Source: Malacoraja senta (lineage: Eukaryota). Taken from it: a DNA stretch of 64,000 bases. Below the pieces are notes generated by a model that did no database searches, had not been told where the DNA came from, and saw nothing but the letters and a program-made list of their open reading frames with translations. Positions within the stretch are counted from its first letter, which is position 1, and each line of letters opens with the position of its first letter. The position numbers and the translations under genes are program-made. Positions 1-11,518 of the stretch are shown piece by piece. The stretch lies in contig CM075979.1 of NCBI GenBank assembly GCA_038087875.1, positions 35,402,001 to 35,466,000 on the forward strand, in the 5' to 3' direction.

Positions 1-242
1 CAACTCTCACCCAATGATGGTAGCCCTGTATTTTAAAAATGTTGTTGAATGTGCACTTGAAGAGTTGTGATCTAGAAGGCTCTGGCTCTAATGCCAGAAG
101 ACGGGACTAAGTTGGGCAATTTTCCAGTTCGCTAGGATACAATAAGCTAATGGCCTCTTTCTGTGAAATAAACCTTATGATTCAGTAAAATCCCATTTAT
201 TTCAAAGTCAAGGTATATTAATGAATATACCTTAAGGGTATA

Positions 243-333
243 CCTGAAGAAGGGTCTCGACCCGAAACATCACCATTTCTTCTCTCCAGAGATGCTGCCT
301 GACCCACTGAGTTACTCTGGCATTTTGTGTCTA
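243..333 (+). mobile_element. Penelope-like/V-SINE-type repeat end with hammerhead-like core
   Basis: CTGAAGA-A-GGGTC-TC-GACCC-GAAA-CATC followed by gatgctgcctgacccactgagttactc. The family recurs many times in the window. Confidence 0.7.
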
Positions 334-944
334 CCTTACATTAATTAATGTTGTCATTACAGATACTTGGCAAAAATAATACCTATAAGTCCATTGATGG
401 CACAGATGAGACCAAAGGCAATTGGATGAGGTGAGTCAGGGGCTCTTGTCAAAATTGCTACTGTTGGCTTGAGTGTAAAGGGTTGGGGATAGAATATATC
501 AACCTGAAATCTGAAGGTGAATGCAAGTGTATCTTTTCTAGATATTCCACGGATGATGTTCCAATTTATCAATGTTTATGAACATAATGAAAGAATGTAA
601 GAAAGTCTTCTTAAAAACAGAAAACTCATTTTATATTTTTAAATATGCCCAATCTTTCCTTAGTTTTATAATCCGTTATATAGTTTGATTTTGCAAGCCT
701 ATGCAGCTCCATGAATGAGGCTAATATTGCTACTTGATTTCTTGCCTAATAAATATGTTTGTCAGTGAAGTATCTTCTTTCAAGTTGAATTGCCCAAACC
801 TTAGTGCCAAAGGAACTCCAAATTTACAAATGTCTGGATTTGAGGTTGAAATTCTACTCCTTGGATCCAACATTCAAACATTTGGATATTTATGATGGAA
901 ATTTATCTTTTCTCAGCATTGGTCACGCATTTTTGTTGTTATAG

Positions 945-1132
945 GTATGTTGTAATATCGAGAGAAGAGAATGAGCAGAACCTCATGGCATTCCAGCACA
1001 AGGAGAACATTTACTTCCGTGTCTGTAGGGATATTCACCCTGGAGAGAGGCTGAGAGTCTGGTATAGTGATGAATATATGAAACGACTCCATGCAAGTAC
1101 ACAAGACACTGTAGACAGAAGCCTCACAATTG
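945..1132 (+). CDS. PRDM11: PRDM11 internal exon, C-terminal part of PR/SET domain (..[49 protein letters not shown]..)
   Basis: Acceptor ttgttatag|G at 944/945 and donor G|gtaagt at 1132/1133 (188 bp, phase 2 to phase 1). The peptide has the PR-domain pattern EQNL.AFQ...IYFR..RDI.PGE.L.VWY and matches PRDM11 as recalled. Confidence 0.95.
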
Positions 1133-1929
1133 GTAAGTGGTATATGTGCATGGAATAAGTTGGGATCATTAGTAGTAAACATTATTATGGATTAATACTG
1201 TAACAAGATACTTATTCTTTTCAAGTTAATGATTTTTGATTTTGGACAATGAAGATCATATGAATTATCATTTGTTTATGTGTTTTTGCTATGTACCTTT
1301 ATTTTTCCACTAAAAACAGCCCAACTCAGATCCATGGTGTAGCAAAAGCTCAGCATTATTTGACATCATTGCCAGGTTGTGTGGACATTTAGAGCGAAAT
1401 GGCTTGCACTTTTGTTCATGCAATATTCATTGAAAAAGTCTTAAATGGATGAGTCTGAAATTTGTTTTAGTGTAGTAAAAGTGACAATATTTTCAAAATT
1501 GCACGGAAACTACATAATTAAGCATTAAGACATTTTGGTCTGAGTTCTCAATCTGAGATACTTGCAAATTTCTCTTGTGACTATAGAAAGGTTCACAATT
1601 GTTTAGTGATGCAGCACACTCAAGTAACTTGCACTTCAGAAATGTCTTGATGCTCTTCATCAACATCCAGAAACTGTGATACATATCAGAACAGAGCAGC
1701 ATAGACAGTGGTTAATACAGTCTCAGATGCTGCTGGTGGTGTTTATTGTGGTACAATTGGTATTCAGTTTTCTATGCTATCTTTAGGTGCTCACTGTGAA
1801 GCTGCCAGTTGTTCTTCCTGTTTGTATCCTCTATTTGCATGGTGCTTTACATGAATGCACTCAGTGTATATCAAGAAATATCAACGCAATCATCTATTAT
1901 GGGGTCGAACTAACCATCTTCAAGTTAAA

Positions 1930-3780
1930 GTGTGAAATATAAGAGGGTAGTGTTGACACGTATTGTGAAGATTAACATCTGGAAGAGATTTGAGAAGGGA
2001 TAAAATGAGACCATTTTGATGAAGGAATACAATACAGAGTCATCCACCATCTATGACATTAAGGTACAGAAAAATGTTAATTCAAGTTTATGTAAGCTTG
2101 AAAATGGGTAATCAAGCAGCATACTGCACAGTGTTTTATGTAAATGGTTTGCACTAAAATGGTGCCCCAATCTCTAGGTCAATGCTTGTTGAAAAGGCTA
2201 AAGATTTTTATGGTGAAATGGGCCTAACTGAACCATGTGAACTTTCTGATGGCTTTCTTAGCTGCTTCGAACTCACATCATGGAATAAGATGAATTGATG
2301 CTTTGGGTTAGCACAAATCGGTGGATCATTTAGCAGCAGAGGAATTTTGCAATTCATTCAATGAATTGGTGGTGAAACTTGACTCGTTTCCACAACAAAT
2401 ATACAACGCGAATGAAATGGGCCTATTCTGGAGAAGTTTGTCACCATCTACTCTTGCTAGTGTTGATGAAATGAGTCGAAACCAGGAACTGCTATGCTGG
2501 TTTCAAATAAAGGCACAAAACGCTAGAGTAACTGCGGGTCAGCCAGCATTTCTGGAGAACATGGATAGGTGACGTTTCGGATCGGGACACTTGTTCAGAC
2601 AGATAGGTGATGTTTCAGATCAGACTCTTCAGACTTATGAAGGGTCCTGACCCAAAATGTCACCTATCCGTGTTCTCCAGACATGCTACCTGACCTGCTG
2701 AGTTATTGCAGCACTTAGTGTATTTTTTGATTAAACGAATGCTGGATTTAAGCAAACCAATGATTGAATTACTATTCTAATATGTGTCAATGCTGATGAA
2801 ACTCACAGAGTGAAACTTTTAGTGATTGGTAAATATAAGGACCCTGAAGAAATTGAAAGTGTAAAACATTTGGCAGTGGAATACAGAGCTCAAAATAATG
2901 AGCATGTCTAAATAATGGATGAAGAAATTTTCAGTATTGGTTCAATCACATATTTGTGGCTGTTAAAGAAATTTTTTGAAAATTTGAAAAGCAGAAGATA
3001 GTAAGTGTATTCTCTTGTTTGACAAATTTGTGTACTTTTTCACCCATCCGAGTTATTTTCCGAGACTATATTTACCATCTTCTTGCTTCCCAGCATAACT
3101 TTGATACAACCAATGGATCATGATATCATTAAAAAAAGGAAGTATTTTTACAGAGAGAGATTTTCTTACAAAGGTGATAAATGATGATGGTACTGCTCAG
3201 GATTTTCAATCCCTTTATAGTATTGAAGATATCATTTATAATGTTGTTTGTGCATGGGATTCCATTAGACATGAGACTTTAAAAAGAGCTTTGGAGAATT
3301 GTGGCCTATGGTGATTTTTGCTGAAGAATCTTCTGATGACAAATTGGATGTCATTAATGTTAGACCCTGAAAATTAGTGATAGCAGAAATTGTCACCATG
3401 CTAAATGTTTCCTTGGTAAACCCAATGTGACATCTGTAGTAAAAGATAATGAAGATTGTGTTGAAATTGCTTAAAAACAAAGTTGAGGGTTCACATGCTT
3501 TAAATGATGCAGAACATATAGAATGTGTATTAAAGCCCAAGAAGATGAGAGAATTAAAAAAAAAAAAACCTCTAAAGATTGTCAGGAAGATGATAAAATA
3601 AATTGGACTGCTGCTGCTTCAACATTTGATAAAATCCCCCAATTTACAGAAAGGCATTCTTGTTATTCAGCACCAGAGATTATACAGCTGTACACACTAT
3701 ACTCTATTTTTATCCAAAGAAGCAAGAGTCAATTATGCAGGCTGATATCCATTATCCATTCAAGCGAACTGTGAGGGCTT
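1930..3780 (+). mobile_element. Decayed pogo/Tigger (CENP-B/Jerky-like DDE_1) transposase remnant, interrupted by a palindromic repeat at ~2482-2730
   Basis: Fragmentary motifs across frames: [66 protein letters not shown]. Many stops and frameshifts; ends approximate. Confidence 0.85.
2482..2730. mobile_element. Palindromic element made of two opposed copies of the same repeat end
   Basis: The left arm (gagtaact..tctggagaacatggataggtgacgtttcgg) is the reverse complement of the right arm (ccaaaatgtcacctatccgtgttctccaga..gagttatt). It splits the Tigger ORF. Confidence 0.8.
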
Positions 3781-4048
3781 GCTGTGGGACTCAAGATGAC
3801 AACCTCAGTGAAGTACTGCAAGCCCTTAAATTGCAGCAGGAGCCCAATTAAATGTAACAAACATGAAAAAAGCACATTTGCATCTTGCATTATAATGTGG
3901 CAAAGGTTATTTTTATGTGTGGGTTTAAGTTTTTTACAAGTGAAAAATTACTGTTTGTACTGAAATATTCAATAATTTAATATTTAGTATTGTACTGTTG
4001 AGAATGAATACTCAAGATTTCCCTTTTCTTCAAGAAACAACATACTAC

Positions 4049-4225
4049 TGTGTAGGAAAGAACTGCAGATGCTGGTCGAAATCGAAGATAGGCACAAAAT
4101 GCTGGAGTAACTCAGCAGGACAGGCAGCAGCTCTGGAGAGAAGGAATGGGTGAGGTTTCGGGTCGAGACCCTTCTTCAGACTGATGTCAGGGGATGACAG
4201 ACCCCTGACATCAGTCTGAAGAAGG
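4049..4225 (-). mobile_element. Same repeat family with perfect 24-bp inverted repeat (4170-4193 / 4202-4225)
   Basis: ccttcttcagactgatgtcagggg - 8 nt - cccctgacatcagtctgaagaagg. Confidence 0.85.
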
Positions 4226-5337
4226 ATTTCTTCTCAGTTGTAGAGAGGTGTTACAATGACTGTTACATGTGTAATTGGTGCAGTGAATAAAATGAAGCTT
4301 GGTTTATTGGAAAATGGTGAATGAAGTGAAGCATAGACCTTGAATCTAACCATGTGAGTCATCCTGCACTGTTCAGTAGCGACTTTTCCACAAGTTCTAT
4401 CATGAATCTTGTAACAGCATTCAAGGACATGGAATTGGAGGTAATATTCTTAAGAGTATTGAGGATAGGTTGACAGAGAGAAAGCAGAGATTGGGAATGA
4501 ACTGGGTTGGACGGCTGTGAATCTCTCTGCATGAAAGTGATAATGTGTACTATTACATATGTTTTTTTGTTTCAATGGTACTTTATTGTCACATGTATCT
4601 TGAATCAAAAAAAGCGAAATGCTTTTTTTTGCATATAATCCAGTAAAAATGTTATATACATAGGCAGAATCATACTCAAGTACAAGAGAGCAAGAATGGT
4701 TGCTTACACTGAAGCAGTTCACAAGAGACCATTTTTCCAGTGCAATATTGTATGCATCAAATTTAATATATGTTAAAATGTAGAGTCTTCCATACCGTCA
4801 ACTGTGGAATCAGAGTTGGGCTTATTTCAATAAAATATATTGCTCATACATTGATCACAAATTCTTTTGGACCATGGTCTAAAGCAGTTTGTCTTGTGTA
4901 TCTCACTTTTCCACCAAGCTAAAACTCACCCTGAGCCCAAGAGGCAGAGGTCTCTGATGTCCAACTACCCTCATCTAATCTCTGCCATGCACTAGCCTGC
5001 ACAATGAGACATTTGATTACTGCTTGGCAATTTAGGCAGTTTTTACCGTGGACTTTTTGTTTCAATTTCAGCACACAGAACTTGGGAGCCCAGTGAGTAA
5101 TTCCTAATTTAATCTTGGGCTACTCAATATCAAAAGTTTAGTCCAAGCAACCATGCAAAATTATAACCAGAGAACATTTATGTAATTGGAGTTGAAATGT
5201 TTAATTAAATTACAACACTGCTCATCTATTAATATAAAGACATTTTCCATTATGTAGATAACATTCACTTTGTCAGAGTTCTAGCCACATAATACTGAAA
5301 GGGCCGAATTCAATTGACCTATGAAAGAGGATAAGGG

Positions 5338-6103
5338 AATCAGAATCAGAATCAGATTTTATTTGCCAAGTGTGTTTTACAACATACGAGGAATTTCACT
5401 GGCCAGGTCAGTCATACAATTAAAAGTAACAGATCACTTCAAAAACACATTTTAACATGAACATCCACCACAGTGACTCCTACACGTTCCTCACTGTGAT
5501 GGCAGGCGAAATAAAGTTCAAGTACTTTCCCTTAGTTCTTCCTCGGTGGTGGGCCTCGAGCCCCCGTTGACTGGATGATCTTGAATCCCGTAGCCGGCGG
5601 CGTTTGGGCCCTCCGTGTTGAGGCGATCAAGCTCCCGCATCGGGGGAATTGTCAGCCCCCCCCGCGCCGGGCGATCGAACCTCGCGTCGGGGCTGGACGA
5701 ACTTTCTGCGGCGTTGGAGCTTCCCGACTCGGCCTCACCCGAGTCTGTGAGCCCTTGATGTTAAAGTCCGCGGTGGGAGCGATCCCAGGCAAGGGATCAG
5801 CTCCGATGGTAAGTCCACGCCCACGTCCACGTGGGGCTCACGACAGTCCGAGGAGGCCTCCAGCTCCAGCGATGGAAGGCCGCAGAGTCCGGAGAATGTG
5901 ATCCGAAAATTAATCACATCTCCGGGAAGGTAAGAACCTGAAAAAAAGTTTCCCCCAATCCCCTCCCCCCCCCCCCCCCCCCCCACACAAAATAAACCGA
6001 GCAACATTAAAACACTTTCAACAAACGATAAATTAAAAAAAAAAGATGAAAAAACGAACAGACTGCCGGCAGGGTGGCCATCTCCCCCGGCGCCCCTGGT
6101 GGT
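5338..6103 (-). mobile_element. GC/CpG-rich non-autonomous retroposon with (TCTGAT)n 3' tail, copy 1
   Basis: Colinear with 21899-22649. On the minus strand it ends in a polyA-signal-like stretch plus a hexamer tail, as in Rex/L2-type LINE 3' ends. No credible ORF. Confidence 0.75.
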
Positions 6104-6184
6104 CTAGAATATCGATGCGCAATTAACTCCACCCATTCATTTCAATACAGAGAGCATGCCTACCTTGCTCTGCATAAGCACCTA

Positions 6185-6620
6185 GAAGCATTATAATAGA
6201 AGCATTTAGAAAGTCTGCTCTGCCATTCAGTAAGGTTATGAGTGATCTTTTATATAAACACCACTTTTTTTGCATTACCGTATCTTTGAATCTTTTAATA
6301 CCAAAAGATCTATCAAACTCTGCCTTTTTATCTTTTAAGTGATTGAACTATCACAACCCTTCTGGGTAGAAGAAAATTCCAAATATTTACTACCTTGTGT
6401 GTGAAAAAATGCTTCTTAAGTCCGTTCTAAATGGTGGACCCATTATTTTGAAACATGACACGTGGTTCTCCAACAAAGTCACCTTTCTCAAATCCCAAAA
6501 GAGTTTTGTTTTAATGAGATCACCTGTCATAATTCCAAACTTTAGAGAGTGTCGGACTAATATTTCTAAACTTTTCTTCATGGGACTATTTCCACCTACT
6601 TTCTTTCTCAATAATCAATC
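6185..6620 (-). mobile_element. Old CR1 LINE 3' fragment (partly duplicated at ~7430-7613)
   Basis: CR1-type 3' sequence; near-identical block taccttgtgtgtgaaaaaatgcttcttaagtc in both places. Confidence 0.7.
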
Positions 6621-9600
6621 TGATGATCTTTGTTCCAATCCATCTTTTACACATATCTTTCCTGATTCTGCATGCTATATTTTGGGTGCAAATATCTCAG
6701 AAAGTATATATAATTGTAGTATGATGCATTTTATCTTTGCAACATATAGTGATTGTGCAGAAGGACACCCTGGCCTCTTTTTTTCAAACAAAATAAATGA
6801 TCCATGCAGATCCACAGCCTTCCAACCCAGTTTATTCCTAATCTCTGCTTTCTCTCTATCAACCTATCCTCAATACTCTTAAGCATATTACCTCGAATTC
6901 CATGTCCTTGAATACTGTTGAAGAAAACTCTTTAAGGCGCCTTCTCAAAGACCTTCTGAACTTGCACAATCACAAGGTTTCTCTTGTGAAAAACAAACTA
7001 CTGAAGGTAATCAGTTTGTCAGGTAGCATCTGTGGAGGCAGAAGGATCGTCGATGTTTAGGATCGAGACATTACTTTGCCTTCACGGATGCTGCCTGACC
7101 CACTGACTTTCGCTAGCAGTTTGTTTTATTGCTCCAGTTCGCAGCATCTGCAGTCTTCTTTGTTGTCTCTTATGTATTCTGCTAATTACAATATCATAAA
7201 ACTCTAATTGAATTGTCGACCACGATTCCCTTTCAAAAATCCATGTTAACTCCACATATTCCCATTATGATTTTCTAATTGCCCTGTCAGTAGTTCCTTA
7301 ATAGATGTCAGGCTGACAGGTTAATATAATTCTCCACATTAACTTTTACCAATCTTTTCCTTTTGCATTTAACTCCACGAATGATTTCAATACCATAAGC
7401 ACCGAGCAAATAGAGGCAAATGGCTGCTGTGCCATTCAGTAAGGTTATGAGTAATCTTTTATCTCAGCACCACTTCTTTTGTATTACCATATCATTGAAT
7501 ATTTTAATACCAAAGGATCTACCAATGAGCCATCACAATCCTTTTGGGTAGAAGAAAATTCTAAATATTTACTACCTTGTGTGTGAAAAAATGCTTCTTA
7601 AGTCAGTTCTAAATATTGTCTCATTAGTCTCTTTATGTTACAGAAGACTCTTAAATTCTACTTTCCCTTGCCAATTTATTTAGCTGAAATCGGAATATTT
7701 TGCAGTTCTCTGAAACGTGCGGGAATGGTTTGACAGTGGTTAAATTTACTGGATTAGTAATCTGGTGGCCTGAACTGACAAAATAGAGACAGAATTCAAA
7801 TCCCACTACAGCAACTGGGAATGTAAATTCAGTTATTTAAATAATCTGGAATTTAAAGCAAAACAGCCTCGATAATTGGAAGTAGAAAGAGATTGAGTTG
7901 TTGTGTTTTAAAAATAAAAATTATGGTTCAGTGATGTTCGATGTAGGTAAACTTCTGTGAGATGTTCTAGCTTAAACATGTCCGCAAACCTACATCAGTT
8001 TACTCTTAGCGTAAATGGCCTAGGAAGCTATTAAATTATATCAAAGCCAGCTGCATAACTGGCATTAATTTCAGCCTTGTATTCAAGCACGCAAAGCCGT
8101 TAAGTGCCAGAGGAACTTGCATGAACATCTTGGAACTGGTGCCTAATTTAGGAGAGATCCCTTGCAAACAAGTCAAGCAGCATAGTTGTGCTCGCCAAAT
8201 CATTCGGTGCACCAATTAATCGAGACTTCTGTCACAACCACTGGAAATGTCCTAGCCAAGTGACAGGACAAACTAACTCATGGCGGCAGTCCTCAATTTT
8301 GATTCTAGATACCATACAGTCTCACGGCATTGGATCAGACCTGGAGGGCAAAGTAAGCTCCTCTTGATTACCATTTACTGTTCCCCATCAGCTGAGAAAT
8401 CATAATTTCTTCATTTAGAATAATAGTTGGAAGCCGTTCAGTAATGCCATCTCTAAATGAGTTCTTTGGCAGATAGTGAGTGAACTTGTAAGAGATAGGC
8501 CTCCTGCACTTTGTCGTCAGCTGATTGTTGATTTCTGTGCCCATGACAGCATTTCACAGCACACTCATTGAAGCAAAGTCCCATCTTCACATTGAGGATA
8601 CATTTCTTTATATTTGGCACAGCCATTGAATAAATGAGGTACACGAGGACCAGACTGTTAGCTTAAAGCTGTTCACTCATGTGGGCCAAAGTTGTACAAC
8701 ACTATAATCTGCAATGACTTTGATCCCATATCAAACCAGAGGACTGGCTCAATGCTGAAGGCCATATCAGAAGCACATCTACGAATAAGGTGCCTCAGAA
8801 GCAGCAAATAAAGACAATGTGTTTACTGTGCAACAAACGCAACATGCAACAGATGGAGCTAAGGAATCCCACAATAAATTGACCAAGTGAAAATTCTGCT
8901 GATCTGCCAAACCTACCGGGGATGAAAATGGCCAAGAACAAACCCATTCTTCTTGTATTGCTAACAAAGTAATGTTGATGAGCAGTCCTTGCATCCTGCT
9001 TATCTATTCACTGATGCTTAATTTGAGTTTTGCCAAAACCAAGCAGTCTTGTCCAGATGCAACATGATGGGATAAGTACTTTTGCAAGACAGCATTTGAC
9101 ATAAGTGCAGTATCAAGGAGCCTCGTAAAACTAAAGATATCAGTACGAAGAAGAATCCCAACCAGAAACATCTCCAGTTCTTTGTGACCCGCTGAGTTAC
9201 TCCAGCTCTTTGTGTCTTTGTGACCTGACATTATATAGTACATTATGTTGTTTGTTCTGTGAACAATGATAGACTGCATACACTATATGCAGTGGGAGAA
9301 CTGCAGGATACAATGTTAGAATAAGCTATAAAACATAAATCATCTATACATATCATCTTGATTTTCAATGCGATTGCTGATCCTGTTGAAACTGATAGTG
9401 GTAAAAGCATTAAGCAGGAAATAATACACATGGACTTGTGCAATCAGCAATGCTGTAAGGTTGTGACTAGTGTTAGGTTTAATTATTTAAACAAATCCAT
9501 CGTATAAGCTATTGTCCTCAAAATGGCACTGAAAGAATGAGAAGCCAAATTGGGGGTTGATTGTTAGTAACTGATTAACAGGTTACTTCAATTTAAAAAT

Positions 9601-10519
9601 GGCAAGGCTTATTTTCTGTGGTGAGTTTAATTCATGCATAATGCAAATACAGCAATTCAATGTTATTCAGTGCATATCAGCAGTGAGGCAGACAGCAAGA
9701 TGCCCTTTTCATTTTCATTTTCCAATTATGATGTATAATATTTTAATTTTAAATGCTGGAAATGTTTAAGTATGTAAGAAGGTTAGCATTTTGAAACATT
9801 CAAAATTAAATTTAATATCATAAAGATGAATTTAGCCTTTGAATATTTATCTCAAATTTTTGACTTTAAAAAATGTACCAAATAAAATTAAGTATTGATT
9901 ACATCTTACGTAGATGTTTAGTCATATTCATTTGAAACACACTGTTACTTCACTTGTATGTGTAACACATTCTGAAATAAATGAAAGGATGCAGAACATC
10001 AAAATATATTTGATATATTGTAACATTCTTGTATTTCTGACTACTGAATTATAGATTGTATATAAAAAATGTCAATGTGAAATTGAAAAAAAAAGTTGTA
10101 ATCGTGCCTTTAGTGTACAAAAATGAACGGTAGGTTTTTTATATTAATGCAAATAATTATGAACCCTCTAAATTCAGTAATAAAGTGTTTGTGAATTATT
10201 TATTTTTACAGTCTTGATATTTATTCACAGACGTCTATGGTTGCAGTAAATGTCCACTTTTCCTTGAAGGCTTTATATTCTCATGCGCACAAGTTAGTAA
10301 TCCATGCTTCCATGTTTCACAGAAGTTTCCCATGCTTGCCCTATGCATATCACCAAAATATTTTGTGCTATAAATGTAAACGTTTGTAGTTTATTTGCAT
10401 GTATTCTCAACTTTATTTTTAAAATTATGCAGTTGTATGTACATAAGAAATAAGTACTTTTAAACTATTCCATTGGCAAAATTTAAATGCTTGGAAAAAC
10501 TCATGGAAAGCAATAACAA

Positions 10520-11017
10520 TTTTTTTTTTTTTTTTTTTAAATTTGTTATTTATTAGAAGTACATTACATTACAACCACATACATTAGTACTCGTCACTTA
10601 TATCTTCTTACAATTAATGTACTCCGTTTGTTTTTTACACTAGTAAAAGGAAAGGATAAGATTGAAAGAAAGAAGAAAGTGAAGGAAAAAGTGAAAGTGT
10701 AGAAAGTGTGACAACAAGACAAAACGAAGACCCTATAAGAACAAAATTAAAAACAAAAAAAAAAGAGTTAAGAAATAGACCCTAGAAAAGAAGGAGAAAG
10801 AGAAAGAGGAGAAAGAGAAAAACAAATAGTTTTTATGAACATTACGCAAATGGGACATACCAACTTTCCAGCTATCATCACCCTTTTACCTGATCTCAGT
10901 TTTAATTATTTTTATTTTTAAGGTACCTTTGCACCCTATATTTGTAATAATTCTATAAATGCAGACCACGTCAGATAGAAGTGATCTGGTTTACCTGCCA
11001 GGAGGAGTCTTATCTCT
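10520..11017 (-). mobile_element. 5'-truncated L1-clade LINE with polyA tail and 10-bp TSD
   Basis: PolyT run from 10520. Minus-strand peptide EIRLLLAGKPDHFYLTWSAFIELLQI* resembles a fish L1 ORF2 C-terminus. TSD gcaataacaa at 10510-10519 and 11018-11027. Confidence 0.8.
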
Positions 11018-11518
11018 GCAATAACAAAATTTACGCACCACATTAAAGCATCCAGAAGGAAGATCCAGAAACTTAAATTTAAAAAATATTTTAGCAAAAT
11101 TGTAATGTTTGGTAATATATTCAAGATTATGAGGCACTGGAATTTGGTGGCATTGTAAACTTATCAAGTTTTGCTGAATCAAAAACTAGCTTGTACTCTT
11201 TATCATGCAAGCGATACCGCAGTATTGCAAATATTACAGTTTAGACCACGTACTGAAGTCACATAAGCCTACAAACCTTACATTCTGCTATTTATTGTGA
11301 TATATTTTGCCAGCAAGAATGAAAAGTTCTAAAAATGTTACAAAATTGGTCATGGATTCTAATTTGTTTTCGGCATTTATGCAAGGTCACTATACTACAT
11401 TCCTCTGACAAAATTGGGTAACATTAATCAACAGCTTGAGCTTTATTGCTATGGCTTGTAAAACCACTCAATATTTCACCAGCTTCGTATTGCACTCGTG
11501 CCTAATTTGTTGCATATA

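Noticed and set aside
5575-5901. 108-aa ORF in GC-rich repeat
   Set aside because: The frame is not preserved in the second copy at 21899-22649.
6397-6882. 161-aa ORF
   Set aside because: Antisense reading of decayed CR1 fragments; no recognisable domain.
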